A stretch of DNA of 64,000 bases, taken from positions 1 to 64,000 of the forward strand of contig JABANN010000127.1 of the NCBI GenBank assembly GCA_013115125.1. The letters run 5' to 3'. The notes below the pieces were generated by a model. The model made no database searches and had not been told where the DNA came from. It saw only the letters and a program-made list of their open reading frames with translations. Positions 36,246-47,441 of this stretch are shown one piece after another (within the stretch, counting starts at the first letter, position 1; every line of letters starts with the position of its first letter). Origin of the DNA: Perkinsus olseni (taxonomy: Eukaryota). The position numbers were made by a program, and so were the translations under genes.

Positions 36246-37537
36246 CTACGACCCCTTCTTGGCCCCCTTCTCGAGTGTCTCCGAAGGACCATTATCACCC
36301 TCTGCGGGCTCCAGTAGGACGAATTCCTCATACACTGACGCTGTGGGGTTGAAGGAGAGACCTCCGGAACCTCGGCAGTCCTCAGAACAGGTGTACCTTA
36401 GACACGACCACATGGCGTCATCCCAGACGCGTCGATTCTGAGCTCACATCGCTGCTATGCCCCACTCCATCTCGCTTTCATGGCCCTCAAACCAGCCAGA
36501 CAAGTAGAACAGGGACGGTAAGAGTTGGAACTCAAAGGCACGTGGAGCACCGCAAGCCCTGAGAGCACAGCGTCACCAGATCACCCACCCAAAGGCCCCT
36601 TCTCACCGGCACGGTGGAACTTGGCGCGCGATAGCCTTCTTGCTCTCCTCTGCAAATTTGCCCGCCCATAATGGTGAGCCGTTATAGTCGTACCGCAACA
36701 CCTGCGAAGGGAAGAACCGTAGTAACAACGCGGCTTCGATACCTCCGACCTGCCCTGGAAATCTGCTTGTTCGCTCTTGAAATTTGAGAAATGTGGTATT
36801 CATCTCATCCTCCTCGATACCAGCAAAATCGTCATCGGCAATGACCGCACCATGACTCTCCTTAACCGTGGCGGCCAGGGAGGGGTCTGGATTACCCAGG
36901 TCAAGATACGCCTTATACCTGCGTAGGGAGATTATATCACAAGCATGAGGACACTCATGATTCCCGTACAGCTCTTCTTCTTTCGACAGGCTTGGTTCCC
37001 ACTTCGCGGGCTCCGGAACGACATACAGCTGAGCACGAAAGGAAGGAGGTATTTAAGAGACCAATTCTGAAGCTCGGAAAACCGCTTTTTACTTGCGAAA
37101 GTCAACTCCACAAACGATTCTCAACTGGGGGAATGCTTCCTAGCGAGTTTCACCGCAAAATAGAGACCACACCTGATATCCCGGGGTCAGTGTGATAGAC
37201 GTCTCCTCCTTAGGCTGGACGCGCACACCAGGCACATTGCATTGCCGCACGTCTGTTGAGGCCGATGATGACGAACTATCTGAAACCACATGACAAAAAT
37301 TCGATCCCAACGAAGTCAGACTGATGGGCGGTCAATTCAGATTCTGGAAATCTAAGCAAGCCGCAGCCCTGATAAACCCTTATAACCTTTCTCGCCCTTC
37401 TTCGTTGGGTCGTCTTTCGCCCCGAAAAGGGAGCCTTCGGAGAGCTCTACACCATCCAAGGCATTGGCAAGATCGCTGAGATCGAACGCATCAGCAGCAC
37501 CGCCCTCTGCCGAGGCTGCCGGCTCAGTCGAGCTCAT
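36246..37537 (-). CDS. PDCD2 C-terminal domain protein (PDCD2/PDCD2L/Tsr4-like)
   Basis: TFLKFQERTSRFPGQ/VLRYDYNGSPLW, CGAPRAFEFQLLP, MEWG...YTCSEDC...EEFV. Confidence 0.85.
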
Positions 37538-37839
37538 AAAGTTGAATTTCTCCGCCGTCACGGGGCAGCCGACGCTCGAACCTGAGCGAGTCGCATGTAC
37601 CCAATGAAAACAGGAGCGATGTCGCTTAGGTTTACTGCTAGTGTTGGTGGCAGGTCTCATGGTGCGGAAGCAGCGCCAGCCCTCGTTCTGGCGAGAACAA
37701 GCCATAGATGGACATACGAAGACGTGCAGGAACCCTAAGACAAACGCCAAAATGTCATCCTAGAGCCTTTCCGACGCAGCGAACCAAAGGCTTCCGCTAA
37801 AGCGTGCAACCCTCCGGAAATTCCAAACCCACGTTATAG

Positions 37840-40134
37840 GCTATGGCGCCGTACCAGTAGTAGCACCTATAAGTGGTAGTTTGTAAACCAGGTTAGCTAC
37901 CTTATACGCCTCTTCCCTCCCTGACTCTAGTGATTCGTCTAATACCGTATAGCTCCTCTCTTACTGTAGGCATCCGGATCATAGTCCGAGAAAAGTTGTA
38001 GCACAAAAACCATCTCCTTGCCGCACATCCTACACTTGGGATAGTGGTCGCTCAGCCAGGTGTCTTGGATCACATAAGGCGACCCGCCAGCCCGAGAGGC
38101 CTAGCAACAGCATGATAGAGTAGCGCTATGGCGAGATCAAGCTTTTGTTGGCTGAGAAATTTAAGATTCTAGGCACTCCTGCAACTGGAGCGGAAAGGCA
38201 GGTCAGATTGGCCGCTCAGACGACAGGTACGATGGACCGTTCGTTGGTGAATCGGCACGAGACTTGAGGATGCTTACAGTCATATCCTTCGCAAGCTCAT
38301 TGGACAGCTCTGTCTCGGCGAAAACGCCGAGGAATACCCCAGTCATCGCCCAGTAACGCGGAGGGCTAGGCTGAAAGGTTATGCGCACAGAGCAGTTAAG
38401 GAACTCCAAGGACATGCAAGATACGCAAGATTAGAGACAGATCAGACATGTCGGATTTTCTGGCTCTTCTGGTTGCGTTGCAGAGAACGCGCCGTCTGTA
38501 CTTCTTTCGCTCATTCTCCATGTCCCGTCGAGTCTCTGACCGCTTGATCAAATTCAATGTTCGCAGTGGAAACAGGAGTACACTACCCAATTTCCGAGGT
38601 TCGGCATGCCTCTCCATGTGCACCTGCCTAGAAGCTCGGGCTTTCTGTTCAGCCATAAAACAGAAGGACGAGGACTCCGCCACTGCGAGACATCGCTGGA
38701 GTCTGTCCAGCGTTGACCTTGATAACGCACTAGACGAGATATTCGACTATCATAAAGAGGAAAAACGACGTGCACCCAAGGTTGAAGCTGGCAAATCACG
38801 GAGAAGATCAGAAAGAGCTGAGAGGCGCCGGCGTTCAAACGCTTCAGGTGGGCTTATTACTAACTCATCTTGAGTAGTAACTGTACGAGTACTAACCGTC
38901 CTGACTAGCTATCTCCTCCTCGTCCTGTGTATCAAAAGAGGAAGGATTTGGAGATTTTCTGGGGCTCTTGAAGTCGCGTTCCAGAGCACGCCGTCACATG
39001 AGAGCCGTATCAAGTTAACCCGTCTAGGTTCATCTGGGCCTAGTCAAGTACTTGACGATCCGGACAGCGGGCCTAGGTTGCATAAATGCATCGTAGAAAC
39101 AGAGGATATCACTTCTGTTGACGTGACGCCGCCCAGCTCGCACTCGGCAAGTCCTGCCCCCCGCTCTTTCAACTCATTGATTGTCAAGTGGGGCCCCGAA
39201 ACGCAGGGTGGGTTTAGATACCTCTGAGGGGGGTCGACACGGGGCTAGGTGCTGATCGAAGGAAGAGCGAAAGTGAGAAGTTGGTGCTCGCCACACTGCA
39301 AGAGGCCACTCGGTTTCCACGCTTTCTCGGGCACGGTTGCCTAGGTTCTGGACCCAGCCATGAACGCCAGAAGGCTAAGAGACGAAGTATCGAGCGGCCG
39401 GAGGGTGATCGTGAACTCCCACTTGGAGATCAGGAAAAACCAGCGGATCTTCGGAGCTCAGAGGGCAGCGTGGCCGGCAAGCAACGTATGGAAGATACGT
39501 CTCGAAGAACATAGCGAAGCGTTGTTCCTCACTGAGGAATCCTCAGGGCCCCATACTATCGCGGTTGCAGAGTATATCACGAGTTTAACACGAAGGGATG
39601 GGAGAGAGGATTTCCGTAGGTGAGAAGGGACACATGGGAGGTTGTGCGTTTTCGAGTTTGATGCTGTCTGAAATGCACACGGCTCCCCTGGAATCACTCT
39701 CGAGCCCGGACGTTGCAGCGTTTCATCACACTTTTATTACACGCAGTACACGAATAGCGCAAATTTTCCTCGGAAGAATGAACATGTCCTTCAGCAGCGC
39801 ATCTGGGGCAACAGCGTTGGAAAAGGCACAATCCGAAGCTGAGCGATACAGTAAAGAGGCGGGAAGCTACAAGTGAGAAGCGGACGCTATGATACCTCCT
39901 CATCAACTCTTCAGACCGCCACTAACGGTAGAGTCGCAGCAGCTAGAACAACTACCCTCAGAAAGGTATATCGCCGGGGAGCACTGGTTAGGGCACAGCT
40001 TGGGGACGGAATGCAGGTCTATATCGCCGTCTAAGAAGGCGGAAGGATGGCGCGGCGCCTCCTTATACCCAGAAAAGGCTGAAAGAAGGGAGGGGAACGA
40101 CAGCGTTACCATCACTAGTTCGTCGGGAAAGTAG
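37840..40134 (+). CDS. Hypothetical protein(s), multi-exon
   Basis: Series of plus-strand ORF segments with GT/AG boundaries; no recognisable motif. Confidence 0.3.
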
Positions 40135-40745
40135 GACAAAAGAAGGCGGTTTAGGCTGGCCGGTGAAAGAAAATATCATCAAGTTTTTAGCCTCAGCTCA
40201 GGCCGTCGGCTAGCTGATCTCAGCTCGTACGTTCAGTTCAGATATCTATTTCTCGCCTGATAGCGACTTTGTGAGGCATGGATGGTTCTATGACAGACCA
40301 TCTGTAAGTGGGGTTGCCGCTGTGGGTCCCATAGTGTGGGACCGATGCTCCTGGCTACTTCCTCAATCGTAGCCACGCATTGGGGCTCCCTATGTATTGA
40401 CATATGCAGTGGCGTTCACAGATACTTCAGTATGGTTGCGCTGTTACTAATCGTAGCGCGTGTGTAGGTTCGAAAGCAAAGAAAATCTCGCAGCGGGTCT
40501 CCACATGGCGGTGATTCGCACCTCCGCCGCGGATGTTCCCGGCATAGATCGAAAGCACAGTAAGCTTCGTTACCAGACGTCTCGTCTGACGACAATCGGA
40601 ATCCCAACAAGCCTCTTATTAGGTCGCACTCACTAGCGAGCCAGACCGAAGATCCACAGTATTTGAGCGAGCTGGGTGAGATCTTGATAAAACCCGAGCC
40701 GTCGGCGACGGTTCGGGCAGCCTATGCACGTGTCCCTATGCAGTG

Positions 40746-41101
40746 ATGGCCTCGACTGAGTACTGCGAGCTCCAGACGACACTTGCCGCGATGATACACG
40801 AGTGCCAAGAGAAGGACCGAATAATAGAATCCCTCCGTACTGAGGCACAAGTGAGACCTAGTTCGCCTCTCACGACTATTAAAGTATTCGCGGTCTCTAA
40901 CAATGACACGATGTGGCTACGACGCTTGCTGGGTAGGAGGTGAGGGCAGCTAACGACGCGGTGAGGAAAAAATTGTTGGAGACAAATGAAGATATCGTTG
41001 AGGTTTGTGATGCGCTAGAGAGATCGAAGAAAAGGAGCGGAGAGGTCACCGAGCAGCTCGCGTCAAGACTCCTCCAACTGCGCATGAACTCCACGAGCTA
41101 A
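40746..41101 (+). CDS. Small hypothetical coiled-coil protein (two exons)
   Basis: MASTEYCELQTTLAAMIHECQEKDRIIESLRTEAQ / EVRAANDAVRKKLLETNEDIVEV... Confidence 0.5.
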
Positions 41102-41210
41102 TATTCGGACATGGTACTTCGATGTTTCGCTTCATTTACTCGATGGCACTGCGCTCAGAGACTATTATTCATGTAGACGCGCATCTGCAGTTACGTTCAT
41201 TCTCCCGTCA

Positions 41211-42590
41211 ATGGCGCATCGTCCGTCCACACGTTTATCACTTGAAGATTCGTCGGTGAACCGAAAGGAGCCCTGCTGGGTGGACCGTTTCGGGGATGAG
41301 GTTGCTTCGCTAATAGTCGAGGCGTCCAAGCGGAACGATCCGAAGGCTACCTCATGCTCTCTAGCATCAATACCGCTGGAGGTCATTCGAAATAGCATCT
41401 TTCCCTATCTACGACATGACAGGCCAATTAGGGACTGCATTTTTGTTTGCGGCGGGGTTTCAGTGGATTACGGTCCTTGCAAGAGCTCGGTTTTTGCGTA
41501 TGATGATTTCTCTGGGAGATGGCGTGTGTATCCACGTATGAACCGCTCGAGAGCTGGTGCCGCGGCGAAGGCTGTAGATGATTATCTTTACGTCATCGGT
41601 GGTGACGGTCGCGGTGCGACCATGGGGTCCGTCGAAGTCTATGACCCGTGGATCAACGACTGGGAGATGCTCGAGGCGGTCATGAAGTTCCCTCGTCACA
41701 AGCACTGCCTTGGTCTTGTTGACAAAAGATACCTTTACGCTATTGGAGGGATTCTTGGGCAAATAATTTCCGAGGTGGAGGTCTTCGATACTCGCACTAG
41801 GCAGTGGATCCAGGAACCTGGGCGAGACGGGATACACCTCCCACGTGCACTTTATGCCGGCCGAGTGCTAGAAAAGGATGGCCTGCTGTACATCATCGGC
41901 GGTGTCACAAGGAACCATCCCGAACAGCACTCGGACCTCATCTACGTTTTGGATACTACGGTTATTCCCCATAGCTGGTCGGTACTCTCTGTGCGTTTAA
42001 GTGTGGGACGCTCAGCATGTGCTGTTGCGTGGCTCGACGAGTCTAAAAGCTCCATCGGTATCTTCGGCGGTTATGTGGTCACCACCGGACGTCGTAAAAG
42101 TACCTCTACCTCGGAGGTAATACGATTGAGAGGTACACACACCGTCCCGATTGAGGAAGCTGCTATTCCGGGACGAGTGGTCCCAGTGCCTCCCACGATG
42201 GCCATACCTGAGATGCCATCAGCCAGAGCAGATTGCAACGCAGTAACCGTCGGCAACTGTGTTGTCGTAGTCGGTGGCGACAAGCCGGCGGATAACGACG
42301 CTGATAGTGTTGGCATTGGCTTGGCACTTAGTGAGACATCAGAAATCATGGCTCAACTTAGGCGATTTGCTGAGCTCTTCAGTACTCCCCCGAACGAGCA
42401 GCATTATTCCCATTCCGGGCGGCGCTGTCCTTTCGTTGGCCGTAATTCATCTATTATCCCAGCAAACGATAAAGCACTGCTTTTCGACTCGGGTAGATGG
42501 GATTGGGTAGATGATGACGCGAAGACGTACATGCTCTCTGGCCGTACTCGTGCCGCTGTCTGTCTTGGTTCTGCATTCCCGACGAGTTGA
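41211..42590 (+). CDS. Kelch-repeat protein with F-box-like N-terminal motif, intronless
   Basis: LASIPLEVIRNSIFPYL; repeated LYVIGG...VEVYDP...W kelch blades. Confidence 0.9.
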   Translation: MAHRPSTRLSLEDSSVNRKEPCWVDRFGDEVASLIVEASKRNDPKATSCSLASIPLEVIRNSIFPYLRHDRPIRDCIFVCGGVSVDYGPCKSSVFAYDDFSGRWRVYPRMNRSRAGAAAKAVDDYLYVIGGDGRGATMGSVEVYDPWINDWEMLEAVMKFPRHKHCLGLVDKRYLYAIGGILGQIISEVEVFDTRTRQWIQEPGRDGIHLPRALYAGRVLEKDGLLYIIGGVTRNHPEQHSDLIYVLDTTVIPHSWSVLSVRLSVGRSACAVAWLDESKSSIGIFGGYVVTTGRRKSTSTSEVIRLRGTHTVPIEEAAIPGRVVPVPPTMAIPEMPSARADCNAVTVGNCVVVVGGDKPADNDADSVGIGLALSETSEIMAQLRRFAELFSTPPNEQHYSHSGRRCPFVGRNSSIIPANDKALLFDSGRWDWVDDDAKTYMLSGRTRAAVCLGSAFPTS

Positions 42591-43053
42591 TATATAGTCT
42601 GGGGCATCGTAGTACTTCTACTTTTACTTCCATTCGTGAAGGAATATCGCCCACTATCGCCTAGCCTCGTCCATCAGCCTGGGCCGGCTGACCGTCTTTT
42701 GACGCGTTAAGGGAAAGTAGACGAACCGTGTAGACTCCATAGTTGAGATGTTAAACGTCCTTTGACATGGTGTTGCGCTATCGTATCAGTTTCAATCAGT
42801 TAATCTCAATGGGGACATCAGGCAATTTGGATGATGCAAAATGGTGCGGTGTGCCACTGGCACTGCCAGGTTCTGCCAACGTAATAATAGCTTCAACGCA
42901 ACAGTCTAGCCGTCACACTAAGGCAATACTGCTGTAACGAGAAGCTAACAACAACCATTATGATCACGAAGTTCGTGACACTAACAGAGTACAATATAAC
43001 ACGCATGCATAACTAAAACTTATTGTCTATAAGTGAAGGTCAACTTCCTAATT

Positions 43054-44251
43054 CTAGCTGTGGGGGATGCTAACCGGGAATGCAGACCGAGACACCGTGC
43101 TAGCCACGCGATGGATGGCCGAGGCCGATCCTTTCTCGCTCCAAGCCCATGTGGATAAATCGAAAACGAGGGTCTTGCTGGGAGCTGCCTCAACAGACCT
43201 CCTTAGGCTCATGGTAGGCACGTCCCTGCCGACCAATTCGACACAGCAGCCGACGCTAACTGCGTTGCAACCTGCTCTAGGTGATGGCATCTCAGGTATG
43301 GCCATCGTGGGAGGCACTTGGACCACTCGTCCCGGAATAGTAGCTTCCTCAATCGGGACGGTGTGTGTACCTCTCTACACTTCCGAGGTAGATGCATCCA
43401 CTGAGCCTCCGTTGGTGACCACATAACCGCCGAAGATACCGATGGAGCTTTTAGACTCGTCGAGCCACGCAACAGCACATGCTGATCGTCCCACACTTAA
43501 ACGCACAGAGAGTACCGACCACCTATGGGGAATAACCGTAGTATTCAAAACGTAGATGAGGTCCGAGTGCTGTCGGGGATATATCCTCGTAACACCGCCG
43601 ATGATGTACAGCAGGCCATCCTTTTCTAGCACTCGGCCGGCATAGAGTGCACGTGGGAGGTGTATCCCCACTCGCCCAATTTCCTGGATCCAGTCGTTAA
43701 TGTGAGTATCGAAGACCTCCACCTGAGGCACCAATTGCGCAGAAATCCCTCCAATAGCGTAAATATATCTGTTGTCAATAAGAGCGAGGCAATGCTCGTA
43801 ACGAGGAAACTTCATCTCCCCGTCGAGCATCCTCCAGTTGTTAAGCCATGGATCGTAGACTTCAGTAGTATCGAGAACAGAATTTTCCCCATAGCCACCG
43901 ACCACGTAAAGGTGCTGATACAGCTACCGAGGCTACAGATACCCTCCGTTGTTTCATGGAGCCAAATACATACCACTCATTAGAGTGGTCGTCAAACACT
44001 TCCACGATCTCAAGGGGGTAGGACGCGCCGGATCCCGACCGCATTGCTCAGCCGCCGCTCGAGAAGATGCGCCGCTCGAAGCAGTGCAGGTAGGACGTGA
44101 TTTCACTAAGAACAACATGTATGGGCAACCGAGCGATAGCACAGCCCTCCGGCTTCGCATGCTTCAATGCCAACAGCAACCACGCAACTTCCCTTGAGTC
44201 AACACGGTCTACCACATGGCATCGAACCGGTGTACATGGGCAATTCATCAT
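43054..44251 (-). pseudogene. Disrupted F-box/Kelch paralog (inverted duplicate of 41211-42590)
   Basis: IARLPIHVVLSEITSYL plus kelch blades; in-frame TGA at 44048-44050, frameshift near 43918, in-frame TAG at 43375-43377. Confidence 0.8.
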
Positions 44252-44664
44252 CAGGAGAAAGAAAACACTTAAAGCAGCTCACAGAGCTTGGAAAGCCAAT
44301 ACTTCTTACCCAGTGAATGAAATCATTTGCCGATCCTGCACTGCCGGGGACGCAAGGAAACGGACGCCGCGCACAGGGAAAGATTCGTGACGAGCGATCT
44401 CAGTGCGATGCCAGTATACCGAGTGTTAAAAAGGGTGGTCAAAGTTTGACCGTCAAACGCGACCGGGCAGGTGATAGCCAGTGTAGGGGTATAGCTGCGG
44501 GCCCAGTCGCTGCCTGAGCTCAGGTATGAAGTTCCTACTAGGAACCGAAATATAGTACATTACGCCGCACAGAGTGCTATAAATGAAAAAGGCCCTCCAG
44601 AGAGTCTCTGCAGGCAGAAACCTCCCAGCTGCCAGCAGTAGGATGCTTTATATCCCGATATCCC

Positions 44665-45403
44665 TAGCGGGATGTCGGCCACATCTTTCTCATGTACTTC
44701 AGCCACGTGCGAACACTGCGGTTTGATGCCAACAGTCGTGTCATATCGTATAAATTATCCAAGGCATCTTTACTCAGGCAAGTTTCCCTCCACCTCCGCC
44801 AGCGGGAGCACTGGTGTAGATGTATGGAAGATTCTCTGCTGGTTAAACTAGAGCTTTCAACTAGAGCTTTTAAGATAGGGGTCGGCGTCTTGCCACGGGA
44901 TCGGGTTGCCCTGGGTGACCCTTCTGGTTCCGGGTTGGCGTGGGTTACAATTCCGGGATCGCGTTGCCCTTGGTTCCTTACGAGTCGGGCGCAAATCGCC
45001 TCCGTGTAGCCTACTTGAGTGTGAAGTGTTTACTATGTTTGAGCTGCTTTCGTAGGAGTTTAGGATCTGCAGTGCACTCCTCAGAGACCCCCGACGGGGG
45101 TCCCCGTTTGTCTGGGCTGTTAGTCTTTCCGTTCACTCCTGCCGCAGGAGTCCTGCGACGCAGTAGACCGCTGGAGCCATCCGAAATTCTGATCCAGAAA
45201 GGAGCATAAAGTTCACCGAGCAACCCGTGTCATTTCGGTCCACAGCTCCATGAGCTGGTGGGCCAAAAGTTCTGCTCAGTTACGTCGGCGGACAGTGAGT
45301 TGGTTTCGGACATAGCGCCCTCAAGCTGATGCGTTTGCCAGGGAGGCTTCGTGATGAGCGATATTCGAGGAATATCGAGGATGCGAACCGTTGACTCTAC
45401 CAT
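44665..45403 (-). CDS. Hypothetical protein (multi-exon)
   Basis: Long stop-free minus-strand frames (~44665-44990, 45011-45223, 45230-45403). Confidence 0.35.
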
Positions 45404-45506
45404 GCAGACCCGAGCTCAATACTGCTCAGTAACTCGGCGAGCCCTCGGCAAGGAAACATATCAGCAAGCGTAACAATTTACTCGCATTAACACTGCAAAG
45501 GTGTAG

Positions 45507-47353
45507 TCAGTTCTTCTTATCCTGTACAAACCTCCCACCACACCGTTTGCATCGTTGAATGTACACGTTCACAGACTTCGTGTGCCGAGATACTCTGAGA
45601 GAACCATAATTATAAAAGCTGTTCAGGACGGATGCTATTCGGAGAACCTCAGCTACCCACTTGTGGCCGCAATCTGTACATGTGAAGGAGAACTTAGCTC
45701 GGATCTCATATGAATGGCTAACTGTCACTGCATACTGCGGGAAAACTGCAGAGGCGATCTGGGCCCTATAACACGCAGCGCTTCACCAGTCCGATTTTGT
45801 ATTTGACCTACCACTTCTTGAATGCTGGCCCATGAGGCGGCCGGAGCTCGCCGCTCAGTATAAACTGTGCTGCATGACACATCTCGTGGAGTAGAGTCTA
45901 CAGAGATTGAGCATCAGCGAAAGTAACAGAACCGAGAGGCTGCCACCTTGCAGACACGCAGTGGCCGATCAAGGACTTTAGTGGAGAGTTCGATCCGACA
46001 GATCCCCTTTTTGAATACTGTGACGCCCGCGGTGGTGAGCATCCTGTTGTTCCAGGAGATATCCATGTCCTATCGACAGAGTGTTACCAGTGACCATACG
46101 GTGACGTCTGTCTTACTTTTGGCAACCGATTGTCGAAGACTTGCTCGTTTATGCGAGGGTACCTGCGGATCCCAGAAAGGTGTAATTCTCCTATCTGCCC
46201 TAGCTAAAACTGTACCACTCTTTCACCAGCTCAGCTCGCATGCGGCTGAAGTCTCCGTCTGGGATAGGGCCATCATCGTCGTTCTCTCCCCCTGATGTCT
46301 TCGTCGACAGTGGAGTTTTTTTCCGTGATCGAGGGCGTCGTCTGGTGCCTGAGCAGGAGCTAGGCTTCCGTCTATGCCAGCAGTTCAGAGCCCGACTACT
46401 TATCGGCGTTAGTAGCGCATCATCCTCACTATCATCGTCCTTCTTGTTGTTACCATGTCGGTAGTCAGCTGGTGTTAATGTCATGTACCTGAACACATGA
46501 ACACTTGCATCATCATGTCATTGCACAGTCGCTGATGTTCTGCAAAAAGGGTTCTCTTACGGGGGTAGCTCCCTCTTCTTATTTGCTGTGTAGGGGGTGT
46601 TCTCGTTTCGCGCACCATCAGTGGCGACTTTGTATTCCCCCTGAGAAGAAACCTCACGAGTGCTCGAAATCCCCCGAGACCTTCAGTCATGCCGCGCAGG
46701 TTTACTTCAGAGCCGGCCTTCTCATCTCCCGAGTCGCCATCGTCTAGAAGTACTGAGGTGAGCCGACGATCAGGATCAGCACACATTCTCCGGTCCATTC
46801 GCGTCTGGTCGAGCGGATCTCGGTTGACGCCCTCAACATCATCGTCATCACTCAGCTCGATAGGACTAGCTAACGGGCTTGCTACCCTGTCCGATCGCCG
46901 AGGTGACTCGGATTGAGGCGGCGTCCCGGGGAGGGGAAATTCAGGCGGCGAAATCGGCTCCTGTGGAGGCTCGCGAGGGGGGCTACCCACTGGTTCCTCG
47001 AAAGTCTCTGTAGACGTTTGAGGGACCGTTTCTTCATAGGTCACTTCCTCCTCAGCCACAACCGGCAGGGCGGGAGACTCCATCACATTAGCGAGCGGGT
47101 CGTTAGCATCCTTCACCGGAGAAACCGAGACTCGTGAATGAGTAGGAGTAATCGACAAGTCGAATGTTGAGGTCTCCACGAAAAAGTTCATCGCGGGCAG
47201 TATACTAGATATCTCCGTGATACTGAAGTTGGTCTCCGTAGGCTGCTCAAGGTTGGTCGGCTTAGATGGAGCCTCTCCTCCGGAAGCCACCGAGATAAAG
47301 GAGTCCGATGGCGTACTGGTGCCGGACTCATTGGCGGTGTGGAACGTTGACAT
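45507..47353 (-). CDS. GCNA: GCNA/ACRC-like SprT metalloprotease with acidic disordered N-terminus and Zn finger
   Basis: ISWNNRMLTTAG, RIELSTKVLD, LLHEMCHAA (HExxH), PHGPAFKKW, HSYEI...CTDCG...RHTKSV...RCKRCGG. Confidence 0.85.
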
Positions 47354-47441
47354 GACTGCCCGGTCAAGATGTTGTCCTACCCAAAAGTGCGATCACGATA
47401 TAACCCCTACTGTCGTACTCTGTGTATTGACGAACTCAGGG

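Noticed and set aside
44048..44050. In-frame TGA as selenocysteine or readthrough in the Kelch paralog
   Set aside because: An additional frameshift and TAG in the same gene indicate pseudogenisation.
44860..45470. Hairpin-rich region considered as RNase P/MRP, SRP, telomerase RNA or hammerhead
   Set aside because: Conserved cores incomplete; long open minus-strand frames explain it better as coding.
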